From the NCBI RefSeq assembly GCF_009914755.1, contig NC_060940.1: a stretch of 64,000 bases of DNA; one strand, given 5' to 3'. Positions 26,801 through 41,051 of the stretch are shown piece after piece. The position numbers and the translations under genes were made by a program. The DNA comes from the human T2T-CHM13v2.0 reference genome, Homo sapiens. The first letter of the stretch is position 1, and every line of letters begins with the position of its first letter. The notes beneath the pieces are model-generated. The model was given only the letters and a program-made list of their open reading frames with translations. It was not told the origin of the DNA and made no database searches.

Positions 26801-26928
26801 TTGCATTTGATGATTCCATTATATTCCATTCAACGGTGATTCCATTCGAGTCCATTCCATGATTCCATTAGAGTACATTTAATGATTGCTTTGTTTTCAA
26901 TTCGAAGATGATTACATTGGATTCCATT
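20817..26928 (+). repeat. HOR unit 4, canonical 6112 bp
   Basis: Anchors 20817 and 26929; CCGG at 22562 and 28674; the ORF-track pattern recurs at +6112. Confidence 0.92.
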
Positions 26929-29900
26929 CTATGATACCATTCGATTCCATTCAATGATGATTCCACTCAAATCCATTGGATGATTCCATTCGTGTCCATT
27001 CGGTGATTTCATTAGATTCCATTCGAGGATGATTCCATTCGATTCCATTCGATGATTCCATTCAATTCCATTCGATGATGATTCCATTCCAGTCCATATG
27101 ATCATTCCATTTGATTTCATTCGATGATGATTCCATTCGATTCCATTCGACGATTCCATTCTATTCCATTCGATGATGATTCCATTCGAGTCCATTCGAT
27201 CAATCCATTCGAGTCCATTTAATGATTCCATTGGGTTCAATTCAATGATGATTACATTGGATTCCGTTCTATGATTCCATTCAATTCCGTTCATTGACAA
27301 TTTGATTCCATTCGATGATGATTCCATTTGAGTTCATTCGATGATTCTATTCGATTCTCTTCGATGGTGATTCAATTCTATTATATTGGATGATTCCATT
27401 CGATTCCATTTGATGTTGATTCAATTCGATTCTATTCGATGATGATTCCATTGGATTTCACTTGATGATTCTATTCGATTCCATTCAATGATGATTCACT
27501 TCTCGTCCATTGGATGATTCCATTTCATTCCATTCGATGATGATTCCATTCGATTCCATTCGATGATTCCATTTGATTCCATGCGACGGTGAGCAATTCG
27601 ATTCAATTCCATGATGATTCTATTTGATTCAATTAGATGATGTTTCCATTCGAATCCATTCCATGATTATTCCATTGGAATCCATTCGGCGATGATTCCA
27701 TATGAGTCAATTCAATGATGATTCCATATGGGTCCGTTCGATGATAATTCCATTTGATTTCATTCGATGCTTCTATTCTATTCCAGTCGATGATGATTCC
27801 ATTGGAGTCCATACGATGATTCCATTTGATTTCATTTGATGATGATTCCATTCGATGATGATTACATTGGATTCCATTCTATGATTCCATTCAATTCCAT
27901 TCGTTGATGATTCGATTCCATTCAATGATGATTCCATTTGAGTTCATTCGATGATTCTATTCGATTCCGTTCGATGGTGACTCAATTCTATTATACTGGA
28001 TGATACCAGTCGATTCCATTTGATGATTATTCCATTGGAGTCCATTTAGTGAATCCTTTAGATTCTACTCGACGATGATTCCATTCGAGTCCATTCGATG
28101 ATACCATTCAATTCCATTCGTTGATGCTTCCATTCAAGTGCATTCGATGATATCATTCGATTCCATTTGATGATAATTCCATTTGATTCCATGCGATGAT
28201 TCTATTCGATTCCATTCAATGATAATTCCATTCAATTCAGTGATTCCTCTGGACTCCATTTGATGATGATTCCATTCAATGATTCCATTCGATTCTATTC
28301 GAAAATGATTCCATTTGAATCCATTTGATGATGATTCCATTAGATTCCATTTGATGATTCCATTCGATTCCATTCGACGATGATTCCATTCGATTCCGTT
28401 TGATGATTCCATTCTATTCTATTCGATGATGATTCCATTCGATTCCATTCGATGATGATTGGATTCGATTCCATTGGATGATTTCATTTGATTCCATTCG
28501 TTAATGATTTCGATCAATTCCATTCGATGATTCCATTCGATTCCATTCGATAATGATTACATCCGAGTCCATTCGATGATTCCATTTTAGCCTGTTCGAT
28601 AATTCCATTTGAGTCCAACCAATGATTCCATTCATTTCCATTCAATGATTCCATTCGAGTCCATTTGATCATTCCGGTAGGGTCCATTCGATGTTGATTC
28701 CATTGGAGTGCATTCGATGATTCCATTCGAGTCCATTTTAGGATTTGATTCGAGTCCTTTCGATGATTCCATTCGATTCCACTCGATGATGATTTCATTC
28801 GAGTCCATTCGACACTTCCAATCGATTCCATTTGATGATTCCATTCGAGTCCAATTGATGATTCCATTCAATTCCATTCGATGATGATTCCGTACGATAC
28901 CATTCTGTGATGATTCCATGTGATTGCATTCAATGATGATTCCTTTCGATTGCATTCGATTATGATTCATTTCGTGTTCATTCTATGGTTCCACAGGTTT
29001 CCATTCGTGTCCATTCCATTATTCCATTCTATTCCATTTGATGATGATTCCATTCGATTCCATTCATTGGTGATTCCACTCAATTCCATTCAATGATTCC
29101 ATTCCATTTCTTTCAACAATGATTCCATTAGTTTCTAATCGATGATCCACTTGATTCCATTTGACGACGATTCCATTCTTGTCCATTCGATGATTCCATT
29201 TGATTCCATATGATGATGATTCCATTCGATTCCATACCATGATGATTCCATTCGAGTCCATTCAATGGTGATTCCATTCAATTCCATTCGATGATTCCTT
29301 TTGATTCCATTCGATGATGATGGCATTCGATTCCTTTCAATCATTCCCTTTGATTCCATTCAAAGGTGATTTCATTCAAGTCCATTCGATAATTGCATTC
29401 GATTCCATTCTATGATGATTCCATTCGAGTCCATTTGATGATTCCATTCAATTCAAGTCAATGATGATTCCATTCGATTCCATTCGATGATTCCATTGGA
29501 TTCCATTCGATGATGATTCCATTCAAATCCTTTCGATAATTCAATTCAAGTCCATTCGATGATGATTCCAATCGAATCCATTCAAAGATTCCATTCAGTT
29601 CCATTCGATGATTCCCTTAGATTCCATTCGATGATTCCACTTGATTGCATTTACGATGATTCCATTCGATTCCATGTGATGATTCCATTCAATTCTATTC
29701 AATGATGTCTCCATTTGATTCCATTCGACCATGATTGCCTTTGATTCCATTCAATGATTCCATTCGGTTCCGTTTGATGATGATTCCGTTCGATTCCATT
29801 TGATGATTCCATTTGATTCCATTGGATGGGTCCATTCGATTACATTCGATGATTATTCCATTCGAGTGCATTAGATGATTCCATTCGAGTCCATTCGATG

Positions 29901-32900
29901 ATTCCATTCGATTCCATTCGATGTTGATTCTGTTCAAATCCATTCGATGATTCCACTCGATTCCATTCGTTGACTCCATTTGATCCCATTCGATGATTTC
30001 CTTTGATTCCCTTTGATGATCATTCCATTTGATTCAATTCGGTGATTTCATTTGATTCCATTCAGTGATGTTTCCATTCGACTCCATTCGATGATGATTC
30101 CATTCGACTCCATTCGATTATGATTTCATTCAATTCCATTCGATAATGATTCCCTGCGAGTCTATTCGATGATTCCATTCGATTCCATTCAACGATGATT
30201 TGATTCGTGTCCATTCGATGATTCCATTTGATTCCACTTGATGATGATTCCATTCGAGCCCATTTGATGATTCCATTCAATTCCATACTCCGATGATTTC
30301 TTTTGAGCCCACTCAATGCTTCCACTCGATTCCATATGATGATGACTCCATTCGATGAAATTCGATGATGATTCCATTCGCTTGCTTTCGATGATGATTC
30401 CACTTGAGTCCGTTAGAAGATTCTATTCAATTACATTCCATGACGATTCCGTTCGAGTCCATTTGATGATTCCATTAGACTCCATTCGACGATGATTCCA
30501 TTCGATGTTATTCGATGATTCCATTTGATCTCATTCGATGATGATTCCATTCAACTCCATTCGATGTTTCCATTCGAGTTCATTCTATTATTCCATTAGA
30601 TTCCATTCGATGATGATTCCATTCGATTCCATTTGATGATTGCATTCTATTTCATTTGATGATGATTCCATTCGAGTCCACTCGATGATTCCATTCGAGT
30701 CCATTTAATGAATCCATTGGTTTCAATTCTATGATGATTACATTGGATTCCATTCGTTGATGATTTCATTCGGTTCCATTCAATGATGATTCCATTCAAT
30801 TCCTTTCAATGTTTCCATTCAATTCCATACGATGATGATTCCATTTGATTTGATTCGACAGTGAGCCATTCGATTCAATTCCATGATGATTCTATTTGAT
30901 TCCATTGGTTGACATTTCCATTCGATTCCATTCGATGATGATTCCCTTTGATTCCGTTCAAAGATGATTCCATTCTAGCCCATTCAATCATTCCATTCGA
31001 TTCTATTCAATGATGATTCCATTCATGTCGATTTGGTGATTCCATTTGACTTCATTTGATGATGATTCCTTTCAAGTTCATTAGATGATTCCATTCGATT
31101 CCATTTGATGATGATCCCATTCGAGTCCATTCAGTGATTCCATTCATTTCCATTCCATGATGATTCCATTCCTTTCCATTCAATGATTCCATTCGATTCC
31201 GTTTGATGATGATTTCATTCGAGTCCATTTGATGATTCCATTTGATTCCATTCGATGATGATTCCATTCGAGTCCATTCGATGATTCTATTCGAATCCAT
31301 TTGATGATTTCTTTTGATTATATTTGGTGATGATTCCATTGGAGTCCATTCAATGATTCCATTCTATTCCAATCGATGATGATTCCATTAGAGTCCATTT
31401 AATGATTCCATTTGATTCCAGTCTCTGATGATTACATTCGAGTCCATACGATGATTCCACTCAATTCCATATGATGATGATTCCATTTGATTCCATTCGG
31501 TGATTCCATTCTATTCTATTCAATGGTGATTCCATTCGAGTACATTAGATGATTCCATTCGATTCCATTCAATGATGATTCTATTTGTGTCCCTTAGATG
31601 ATTCCACATGATTCCATTAGATGATGATACTATTTGAGCGCATCCAATGATTCCCTTCGATTCCATTCGATGAGGATTCCATTCGATTCAATTCATTGGT
31701 GATTCTATTCAATTCAATTCTTTGATTCCATTCCATTCCATTCGACAATAATTCCATTCGATTTCTTTCGATGATTCCACTCGATTCCACTTGACATTGA
31801 TTCCATTCGATTCCATTCAATGATTCCATTTGATTCCAGTGGATGATGATTGCCATCGATTCCATTCGATCACTCCATTCTATTCCATTTGATGATGATT
31901 ACATTCGATTCCATTTGATGATTCCATCTGATTCTATTCGAGGATTCCATTTGATTCCATTCGATGATGTTTCCATTCGACTCCATTCGATGATGATTCC
32001 ATTCGACTCCATTCGATTATGATTTCATTCAATTCCATTCGATAATGATTCCCTTCGAGTCCATTCGATGATTCCATTCGATTCCATTCAACGATGTTTT
32101 GATTCGTGTCCATTCGATGATTCCATTTGATTCCACTTGATGATGATTCCATTCGATTCCATTTGATGATTCCATTCAATTCCATACTCCGATGATTTCT
32201 TTTGAGCCCACTCAATGCTTCCACTCGATTCCATATGATGATGACTCCATTCGATGAAATTCGATGATGATTCCATTCGCTTGCTTTCGATGATGATTCC
32301 ACTTGAGTCCGTTAGAAGATTCTATTCAATTACATTCCATGACGATTCCGTTCGAGTCCATTTGATGATTCCATTAGACTCCATTCGACGATGATTCCTT
32401 TCGATGTTATTCCATGATTCCATTCGATATCAATCGATGATGATTCCATTCAACTCCATTCGATGTTTCCATTCGAGTTCATTCTATTATTGCATTAGAT
32501 TCCATTCGATGATGATTCCATTCGATTCCATTTGATGATTGCATTCTGTTTCATTTGATGATGATTCCATTCGAGTCCACTCGATGATTCCATTCGAGTC
32601 CATTTAATGAATCCATTGGTTTCAATTCTATGATGATTACATTGGATTCCATTCGTTGATGATTTCATTCGGTTCCATTCAATGATGATTCCATTCAATT
32701 CCTTTCAATGTTTCCATTCAATTCCATACGATGATGATTCCATTTGATTTGATTCGACAGTGAGCCATTCGATTCAATTCCATGATGATTCTATTTGATT
32801 CAATTGGTTGACATTTCCATTCGATTCCATTCGATGATGATTCCCTTTGATTCCGTTCCAAGATGATTCCATTCTAGCCCATTCAATCATTCCATTCGAT

Positions 32901-34939
32901 TCTATTCAATGATGATTCCATTCATGTCGATTTGGTGATTCCATTTGACTTCATTTGATGATGATTCCTTTCAAGTTCATTAGATGATTCCATTCGATTC
33001 CATTTGATGATGATCCCATTCGAGTCCATTCAGTGATTCCATTCGTTTCCATTCCATGATGATTCCATTCCTTTCCATTCAATGATTCCATTCGATTCCG
33101 TTTGATGATGATTTCATTCGAGTCCATTTGATGATTCCATTTGATTCCATTCGATGATGATTCCATTCGAGTCCATTCGATGATTCTATTCGAATCCATT
33201 TGATGATTTCTTTTGATTATATTTGGTGATGATTCCATTGGAGTCCATTCAATGATTCCATTCGATTCCAATCGATGATGATTCCATTAGAGTCCATTTA
33301 ATGATTCCATTTGATTCCCGTCTCTGATGATTACATTCGAGTCCATACGATGATTCCACTCAATTCCATATGATGATGATTCCATTTGATTCCATTCGGT
33401 GATTCCATTCTATTCTATTCAATGGTGATTCCATTCGAGTACATTAGATGATTCCATTCGATTCCATTCAATGATGATTCTATTTGTGTCCCTTAGATGA
33501 TTCCACATGATTCCATTAGATGATGATACTATTTGAGCCCATCCAATGATTCCCTTCGATTCCATTCGATGAGGATTCCATTCGATTCAATTCATTGGTG
33601 ATTCTATTCAATTCAATTCTTTGATTCCATTCCATTCCATTCGACAATGATTCCATTCGATTTCTTTCGATGATTCCACTCGATTCCACTTGACATTGAT
33701 TCCATTCGATTCCATTCAATGATTCCATTTGATTCCAGTGGATGATGATTGCCATCGATTCCATTCGATCACTCCATTCTATTCCATTTGATGATGATTA
33801 CATTCGATTCCATTTGATGATTCCATCTGATTCTATTCGAGGATTCCATTTGATTCCATTCGATGATGATTCCATTCGAGTCCATTCGATGATTTCATTC
33901 GAGTACATCCAATGATTCCATTCGAGTCCATTAGATGATTCCATTTGATTCCATTTGAAAATGATTCTACTAGAGTCCATTCAATGACTCCATTCGAGTC
34001 CATTCAACAATTCCATTCGACTCCATTCGATGATTCCATTCGATTCCATTTGATGGTTCCATTCGAGTCCATTTAATCATTACAGTCGAGTCCATTTGGT
34101 GATTCCACTGGATTTCTTTTGATAATGATACCATTCAATTACATTTGATGATGATCCCATTCAATTTCATTTGATGATGATTCCATTAGAGTCCATTCGA
34201 TGATTTCATTCGAGTCCCTTCATTGATTCCATCCGATTTCATTGGATGATGACTCCATTCGAGTCCATTCGATGATTCCACTCGATTCCATTAGATGACT
34301 CCATTGGAGTCCATTTGATTGTTCCATTCGATTCCATTCGATTCCTTTCGAAGATTATTCCATTTGAGTCCATTCGATGATGATTCCATTCCATTCCATT
34401 CGATGATTCCGTTTGATTCCATTCGATGATTCCCTTCGATTCCTTTCTTTGATGATTTCATTCCATTCCATTCAATGATTCCATTCGAATCTATTCCATG
34501 ATGATTCCTTTCGATTCCATTCGCTGATGTTTCCGTTCAATTCCATTCGATGATGATTCCATTCGATTCCATTCATTGAGGATTCCATTTGATTCCATTC
34601 AATGATGATTCCATTCTATTCCACTCAATGATTGCATTCAATTCCATACAATGATTATCCCATTAGAGTAAACTCAACGATTCCATTCAATACCATTCGA
34701 TGATGATTCCTTTTGAGTCCATTCAATGATTTCATTCAAGTCCATTTGATGATTCCTTTCAATTCCATTCTATGATGATTCCATTCGAGTCCATTCGATG
34801 ATTCCATTCAATTGCATTTGATGATTCCATTATATTCCATTCAACGGTGATTCCATTCGAGTCCATTCCATGATTCCATTAGAGTACATTTAATGATTGC
34901 TTTGTTTTCAATTCGAAGATGATTACATTGGATTCCATT
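26929..34939 (+). repeat. HOR unit 5, expanded variant (8011 bp = 6112 + 1899)
   Basis: CCGG at 28674 and 36685. ORF-track repeats at +1899 (30189/32088, 31052/32951, 31617/33516). Junction at 31965-31969. Confidence 0.9.
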
Positions 34940-37900
34940 CTATGATACCATTCGATTCCATTCAATGATGATTCCACTCAAATCCATTGGATGATTCCAT
35001 TCGTGTCCATTCGGTGATTTCATTAGATTCCATTCGAGGATGATTCCATTCGATTCCATTCGATGATTCCATTCAATTCCATTCGATGATGATTCCATTC
35101 CAGTCCATATGATCATTCCATTTGATTTCATTCGATGATGATTCCATTCGATTCCATTCGATGATTCCATTCTATTCCATTCGATGATGATTCCATTCGA
35201 GTCCATTCGATGATTCCATTCGAGTCCATTTAATGATTCCATTGGGTTCAATTCAATGATGATTACATTGGATTCCGTTCTATGATTCCATTCAATTCCA
35301 TTCATTGACAATTTGATTCCATTCGATGATGATTCCATTTGAGTTCATTCGATGATTCTATTCGATTCTCTTCGATGGTGATTCAATTCTATTATATTGG
35401 ATGATTCCATTCGATTCCATTTGATGTTGATTCAATTCGATTCTATTCGATGATGATTCCATTGGATTTCACTTGATGATTCTATTCGATTCCATTCAAT
35501 GATGATTCACTTCTCGTCCATTGGATGATTCCATTTCATTCCATTCGATGATGATTCCATTCGATTCCATTCGATGATTCCATTTGATTCCATGCGACGG
35601 TGAGCAATTCGATTCAATTCCATGATGATTCTATTTGATTCAATTAGATGATGTTTCCATTCGAATCCATTCCATGATTATTCCATTGGAATCCATTCGG
35701 CGATGATTCCATATGAGTCAATTCAATGATGATTCCATATGGGTCCGTTCGATGATAATTCCATTTGATTTCATTCGATGCTTCTATTCTATTCCAGTCG
35801 ATGATGATTCCATTGGAGTCCATACGATGATTCCATTTGATTTCATTTGATGATGATTCCATTCGATGATGATTACATTGGATTCCATTCTATGATTCCA
35901 TTCAATTCCATTCGTTGATGATTCGATTCCATTCAATGATGATTCCATTTGAGTTCATTCGATGATTCTATTCGATTCCGTTCGATGGTGACTCAATTCT
36001 ATTATACTGGATGATACCAGTCGATTCCATTTGATGATTATTCCATTGGAGTCCATTTAGTGAATCCTTTAGATTCTACTCGACGATGATTCCATTCGAG
36101 TCCATTCGATGATACCATTCAATTCCATTCGTTGATGCTTCCATTCAAGTGCATTCGATGATATCATTCGATTCCATTTGATGATAATTCCATTTGATTC
36201 CATGCGATGATTCTATTCGATTCCATTCAATGATAATTCCATTCAATTCAGTGATTCCTCTGGACTCCATTTGATGATGATTCCATTCAATGATTCCATT
36301 CGATTCTATTCGAAAATGATTCCATTTGAATCCATTTGATGATGATTCCATTAGATTCCATTTGATGATTCCATTCGATTCCATTCGACGATGATTCCAT
36401 TCGATTCCGTTTGATGATTCCATTCTATTCTATTCGATGATGATTCCATTCGATTCCATTCGATGATGATTGGATTCGATTCCATTGGATGATTTCATTT
36501 GATTCCATTCGTTAATGATTTCGATCAATTCCATTCGATGATTCCATTCGATTCCATTCGATAATGATTACATCCGAGTCCATTCGATGATTCCATTTTA
36601 GCCTGTTCGATAATTCCATTTGAGTCCAACCAATGATTCCATTCATTTCCATTCAATGATTCCATTCGAGTCCATTTGATCATTCCGGTAGGGTCCATTC
36701 GATGTTGATTCCATTGGAGTGCATTCGATGATTCCATTCGAGTCCATTTTAGGATTTGATTCGAGTCCTTTCGATGATTCCATTCGATTCCACTCGATGA
36801 TGATTTCATTCGAGTCCATTCGACACTTCCAATCGATTCCATTTGATGATTCCATTCGAGTCCAATTGATGATTCCATTCAATTCCATTCGATGATGATT
36901 CCGTACGATACCATTCTGTGATGATTCCATGTGATTGCATTCAATGATGATTCCTTTCGATTGCATTCGATTATGATTCATTTCGTGTTCATTCTATGGT
37001 TCCACAGGTTTCCATTCGTGTCCATTCCATTATTCCATTCTATTCCATTTGATGATGATTCCATTCGATTCCATTCATTGGTGATTCCACTCAATTCCAT
37101 TCAATGATTCCATTCCATTTCTTTCAACAATGATTCCATTAGTTTCTAATCGATGATCCACTTGATTCCATTTGACGACGATTCCATTCTTGTCCATTCG
37201 ATGATTCCATTTGATTCCATATGATGATGATTCCATTCGATTCCATACCATGATGATTCCATTCGAGTCCATTCAATGGTGATTCCATTCAATTCCATTC
37301 GATGATTCCTTTTGATTCCATTCGATGATGATGGCATTCGATTCCTTTCAATCATTCCCTTTGATTCCATTCAAAGGTGATTTCATTCAAGTCCATTCGA
37401 TAATTGCATTCGATTCCATTCTATGATGATTCCATTCGAGTCCATTTGATGATTCCATTCAATTCAAGTCAATGATGATTCCATTCGATTCCATTCGATG
37501 ATTCCATTGGATTCCATTCGATGATGATTCCATTCAAATCCTTTCGATAATTCAATTCAAGTCCATTCGATGATGATTCCAATCGAATCCATTCAAAGAT
37601 TCCATTCAGTTCCATTCGATGATTCCCTTAGATTCCATTCGATGATTCCACTTGATTGCATTTACGATGATTCCATTCGATTCCATGTGATGATTCCATT
37701 CAATTCTATTCAATGATGTCTCCATTTGATTCCATTCGACCATGATTGCCTTTGATTCCATTCAATGATTCCATTCGGTTCCGTTTGATGATGATTCCGT
37801 TCGATTCCATTTGATGATTCCATTTGATTCCATTGGATGGGTCCATTCGATTACATTCGATGATTATTCCATTCGAGTGCATTAGATGATTCCATTCGAG

Positions 37901-40900
37901 TCCATTCGATGATTCCATTCGATTCCATTCGATGTTGATTCTGTTCAAATCCATTCGATGATTCCACTCGATTCCATTCGTTGACTCCATTTGATCCCAT
38001 TCGATGATTTCCTTTGATTCCCTTTGATGATCATTCCATTTGATTCAATTCGGTGATTTCATTTGATTCCATTCAGTGATGTTTCCATTCGACTCCATTC
38101 GATGATGATTCCATTCGACTCCATTCGATTATGATTTCATTCAATTCCATTCGATAATGATTCCCTGCGAGTCTATTCGATGATTCCATTCGATTCCATT
38201 CAACGATGATTTGATTCGTGTCCATTCGATGATTCCATTTGATTCCACTTGATGATGATTCCATTCGAGCCCATTTGATGATTCCATTCAATTCCATACT
38301 CCGATGATTTCTTTTGAGCCCACTCAATGCTTCCACTCGATTCCATATGATGATGACTCCATTCGATGAAATTCGATGATGATTCCATTCGCTTGCTTTC
38401 GATGATGATTCCACTTGAGTCCGTTAGAAGATTCTATTCAATTACATTCCATGACGATTCCGTTCGAGTCCATTTGATGATTCCATTAGACTCCATTCGA
38501 CGATGATTCCATTCGATGTTATTCGATGATTCCATTCGATCTCATTCGATGATGATTCCATTCAACTCCATTCGATGTTTCCATTCGAGTTCATTCTATT
38601 ATTCCATTAGATTCCATTCGATGATGATTCCATTCGATTCCATTTGATGATTGCATTCTATTTCATTTGATGATGATTCCATTCGAGTCCACTCGATGAT
38701 TCCATTCGAGTCCATTTAATGAATCCATTGGTTTCAATTCTATGATGATTACATTGGATTCCATTCGTTGATGATTTCATTCGGTTCCATTCAATGATGA
38801 TTCCATTCAATTCCTTTCAATGTTTCCATTCAATTCCATACGATGATGATTCCATTTGATTTGATTCGACAGTGAGCCATTCGATTCAATTCCATGATGA
38901 TTCTATTTGATTCAATTGGTTGACATTTCCATTCGATTCCATTCGATGATGATTCCCTTTGATTCCGTTCAAAGATGATTCCATTCTAGCCCATTCAATC
39001 ATTCCATTCGATTCTATTCAATGATGATTCCATTCATGTCGATTTGGTGATTCCATTTGACTTCATTTGATGATGATTCCTTTCAAGTTCATTAGATGAT
39101 TCCATTCGATTCCATTTGATGATGATCCCATTCGAGTCCATTCAGTGATTCCATTCATTTCCATTCCATGATGATTCCATTCCTTTCCATTCAATGATTC
39201 CATTCGATTCCGTTTGATGATGATTTCATTCGAGTCCATTTGATGATTCCATTTGATTCCATTCGATGATGATTCCATTCGAGTCCATTCGATGATTCTA
39301 TTCGAATCCATTTGATGATTTCTTTTGATTATATTTGGTGATGATTCCATTGGAGTCCATTCAATGATTCCATTCTATTCCAATCGATGATGATTCCATT
39401 AGAGTCCATTTAATGATTCCATTTGATTCCAGTCTCTGATGATTACATTCGAGTCCATACGATGATTCCACTCAATTCCATATGATGATGATTCCATTTG
39501 ATTCCATTCGGTGATTCCATTCTATTCTATTCAATGGTGATTCCATTCGAGTACATTAGATGATTCCATTCGATTCCATTCAATGATGATTCTATTTGTG
39601 TCCCTTAGATGATTCCACATGATTCCATTAGATGATGATACTATTTGAGCCCATCCAATGATTCCCTTCGATTCCATTCGATGAGGATTCCATTCGATTC
39701 AATTCATTGGTGATTCTATTCAATTCAATTCTTTGATTCCATTCCATTCCATTCGACAATAATTCCATTCGATTTCTTTCGATGATTCCACTCGATTCCA
39801 CTTGACATTGATTCCATTCGATTCCATTCAATGATTCCATTTGATTCCAGTGGATGATGATTGCCATCGATTCCATTCGATCACTCCATTCTATTCCATT
39901 TGATGATGATTACATTCGATTCCATTTGATGATTCCATCTGATTCTATTCGAGGATTCCATTTGATTCCATTCGATGATGATTCCATTCGAGTCCATTCG
40001 ATGATTTCATTCGAGTACATCCAATGATTCCATTCGAGTCCATTAGATGATTCCATTTGATTCCATTTGAAAATGATTCTACTAGAGTCCATTCAATGAC
40101 TCCATTCGAGTCCATTCAACAATTCCATTCGACTCCATTCGATGATTCCATTCGATTCCATTTGATGGTTCCATTCGAGTCCATTTAATCATTACAGTCG
40201 AGTCCATTTGGTGATTCCACTGGATTTCTTTTGATAATGATACCATTCAATTACATTTGATGATGATCCCATTCAATTTCATTTGATGATGATTCCATTA
40301 GAGTCCATTCGATGATTTCATTCGAGTCCCTTCATTGATTCCATCCGATTTCATTGGATGATGACTCCATTCGAGTCCATTCGATGATTCCACTCGATTC
40401 CATTAGATGACTCCATTGGAGCCCATTTGATTGTTCCATTCGATTCCATTCGATTCCTTTCGAAGATTATTCCATTTGAGTCCATTCGATGATGATTCCA
40501 TTCCATTCCATTTGATGATTCCGTTTGATTCCATTCGATGATTCCCTTCGATTCCTTTCTTTGATGATTCCATTCCATTCCATTCAATGATTCCATTCGA
40601 ATCTATTCCATGATGATTCCTTTCGATTCCATTCGCTGATGTTTCCGTTCAATTCCATTCGATGATGATTCCATTCGATTCCATTCATTGAGGATTCCAT
40701 TTGATTCCATTCAATGATGATTCCATTCTATTCCATTCAATGATTGCATTCAATTCCATTCAATGATTATCCCCTTAGAGTAAACTCAACGATTCCATTC
40801 AATACCATTCGATGATGATTCCTTTTGAGTCCATTCAATGATTTCATTCAAGTCCATTTGATGATTCCTTTCAATTCCATTCTATGATGATTCCATTCGA

Positions 40901-41051
40901 GTCCATTCGATGATTCCATTCGATTGCATTCGATGATTCCATTATATTCCATTCAACGGTGATTCCATTCGAGTCCATTCCATGATTCCATTAGAGTACA
41001 TTTAATGATTGCTTTGTTTTCAATTCGAAGATGATTACATTGGATTCCATT
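34940..41051 (+). repeat. HOR unit 6, canonical 6112 bp
   Basis: Anchors 34940 and 41052. Confidence 0.9.

Noticed and set aside
30066-33863. Simple 1899-bp tandem duplication
   Set aside because: Variants after the junction match sequence 8011 bp upstream, so the larger duplication explains the data better.
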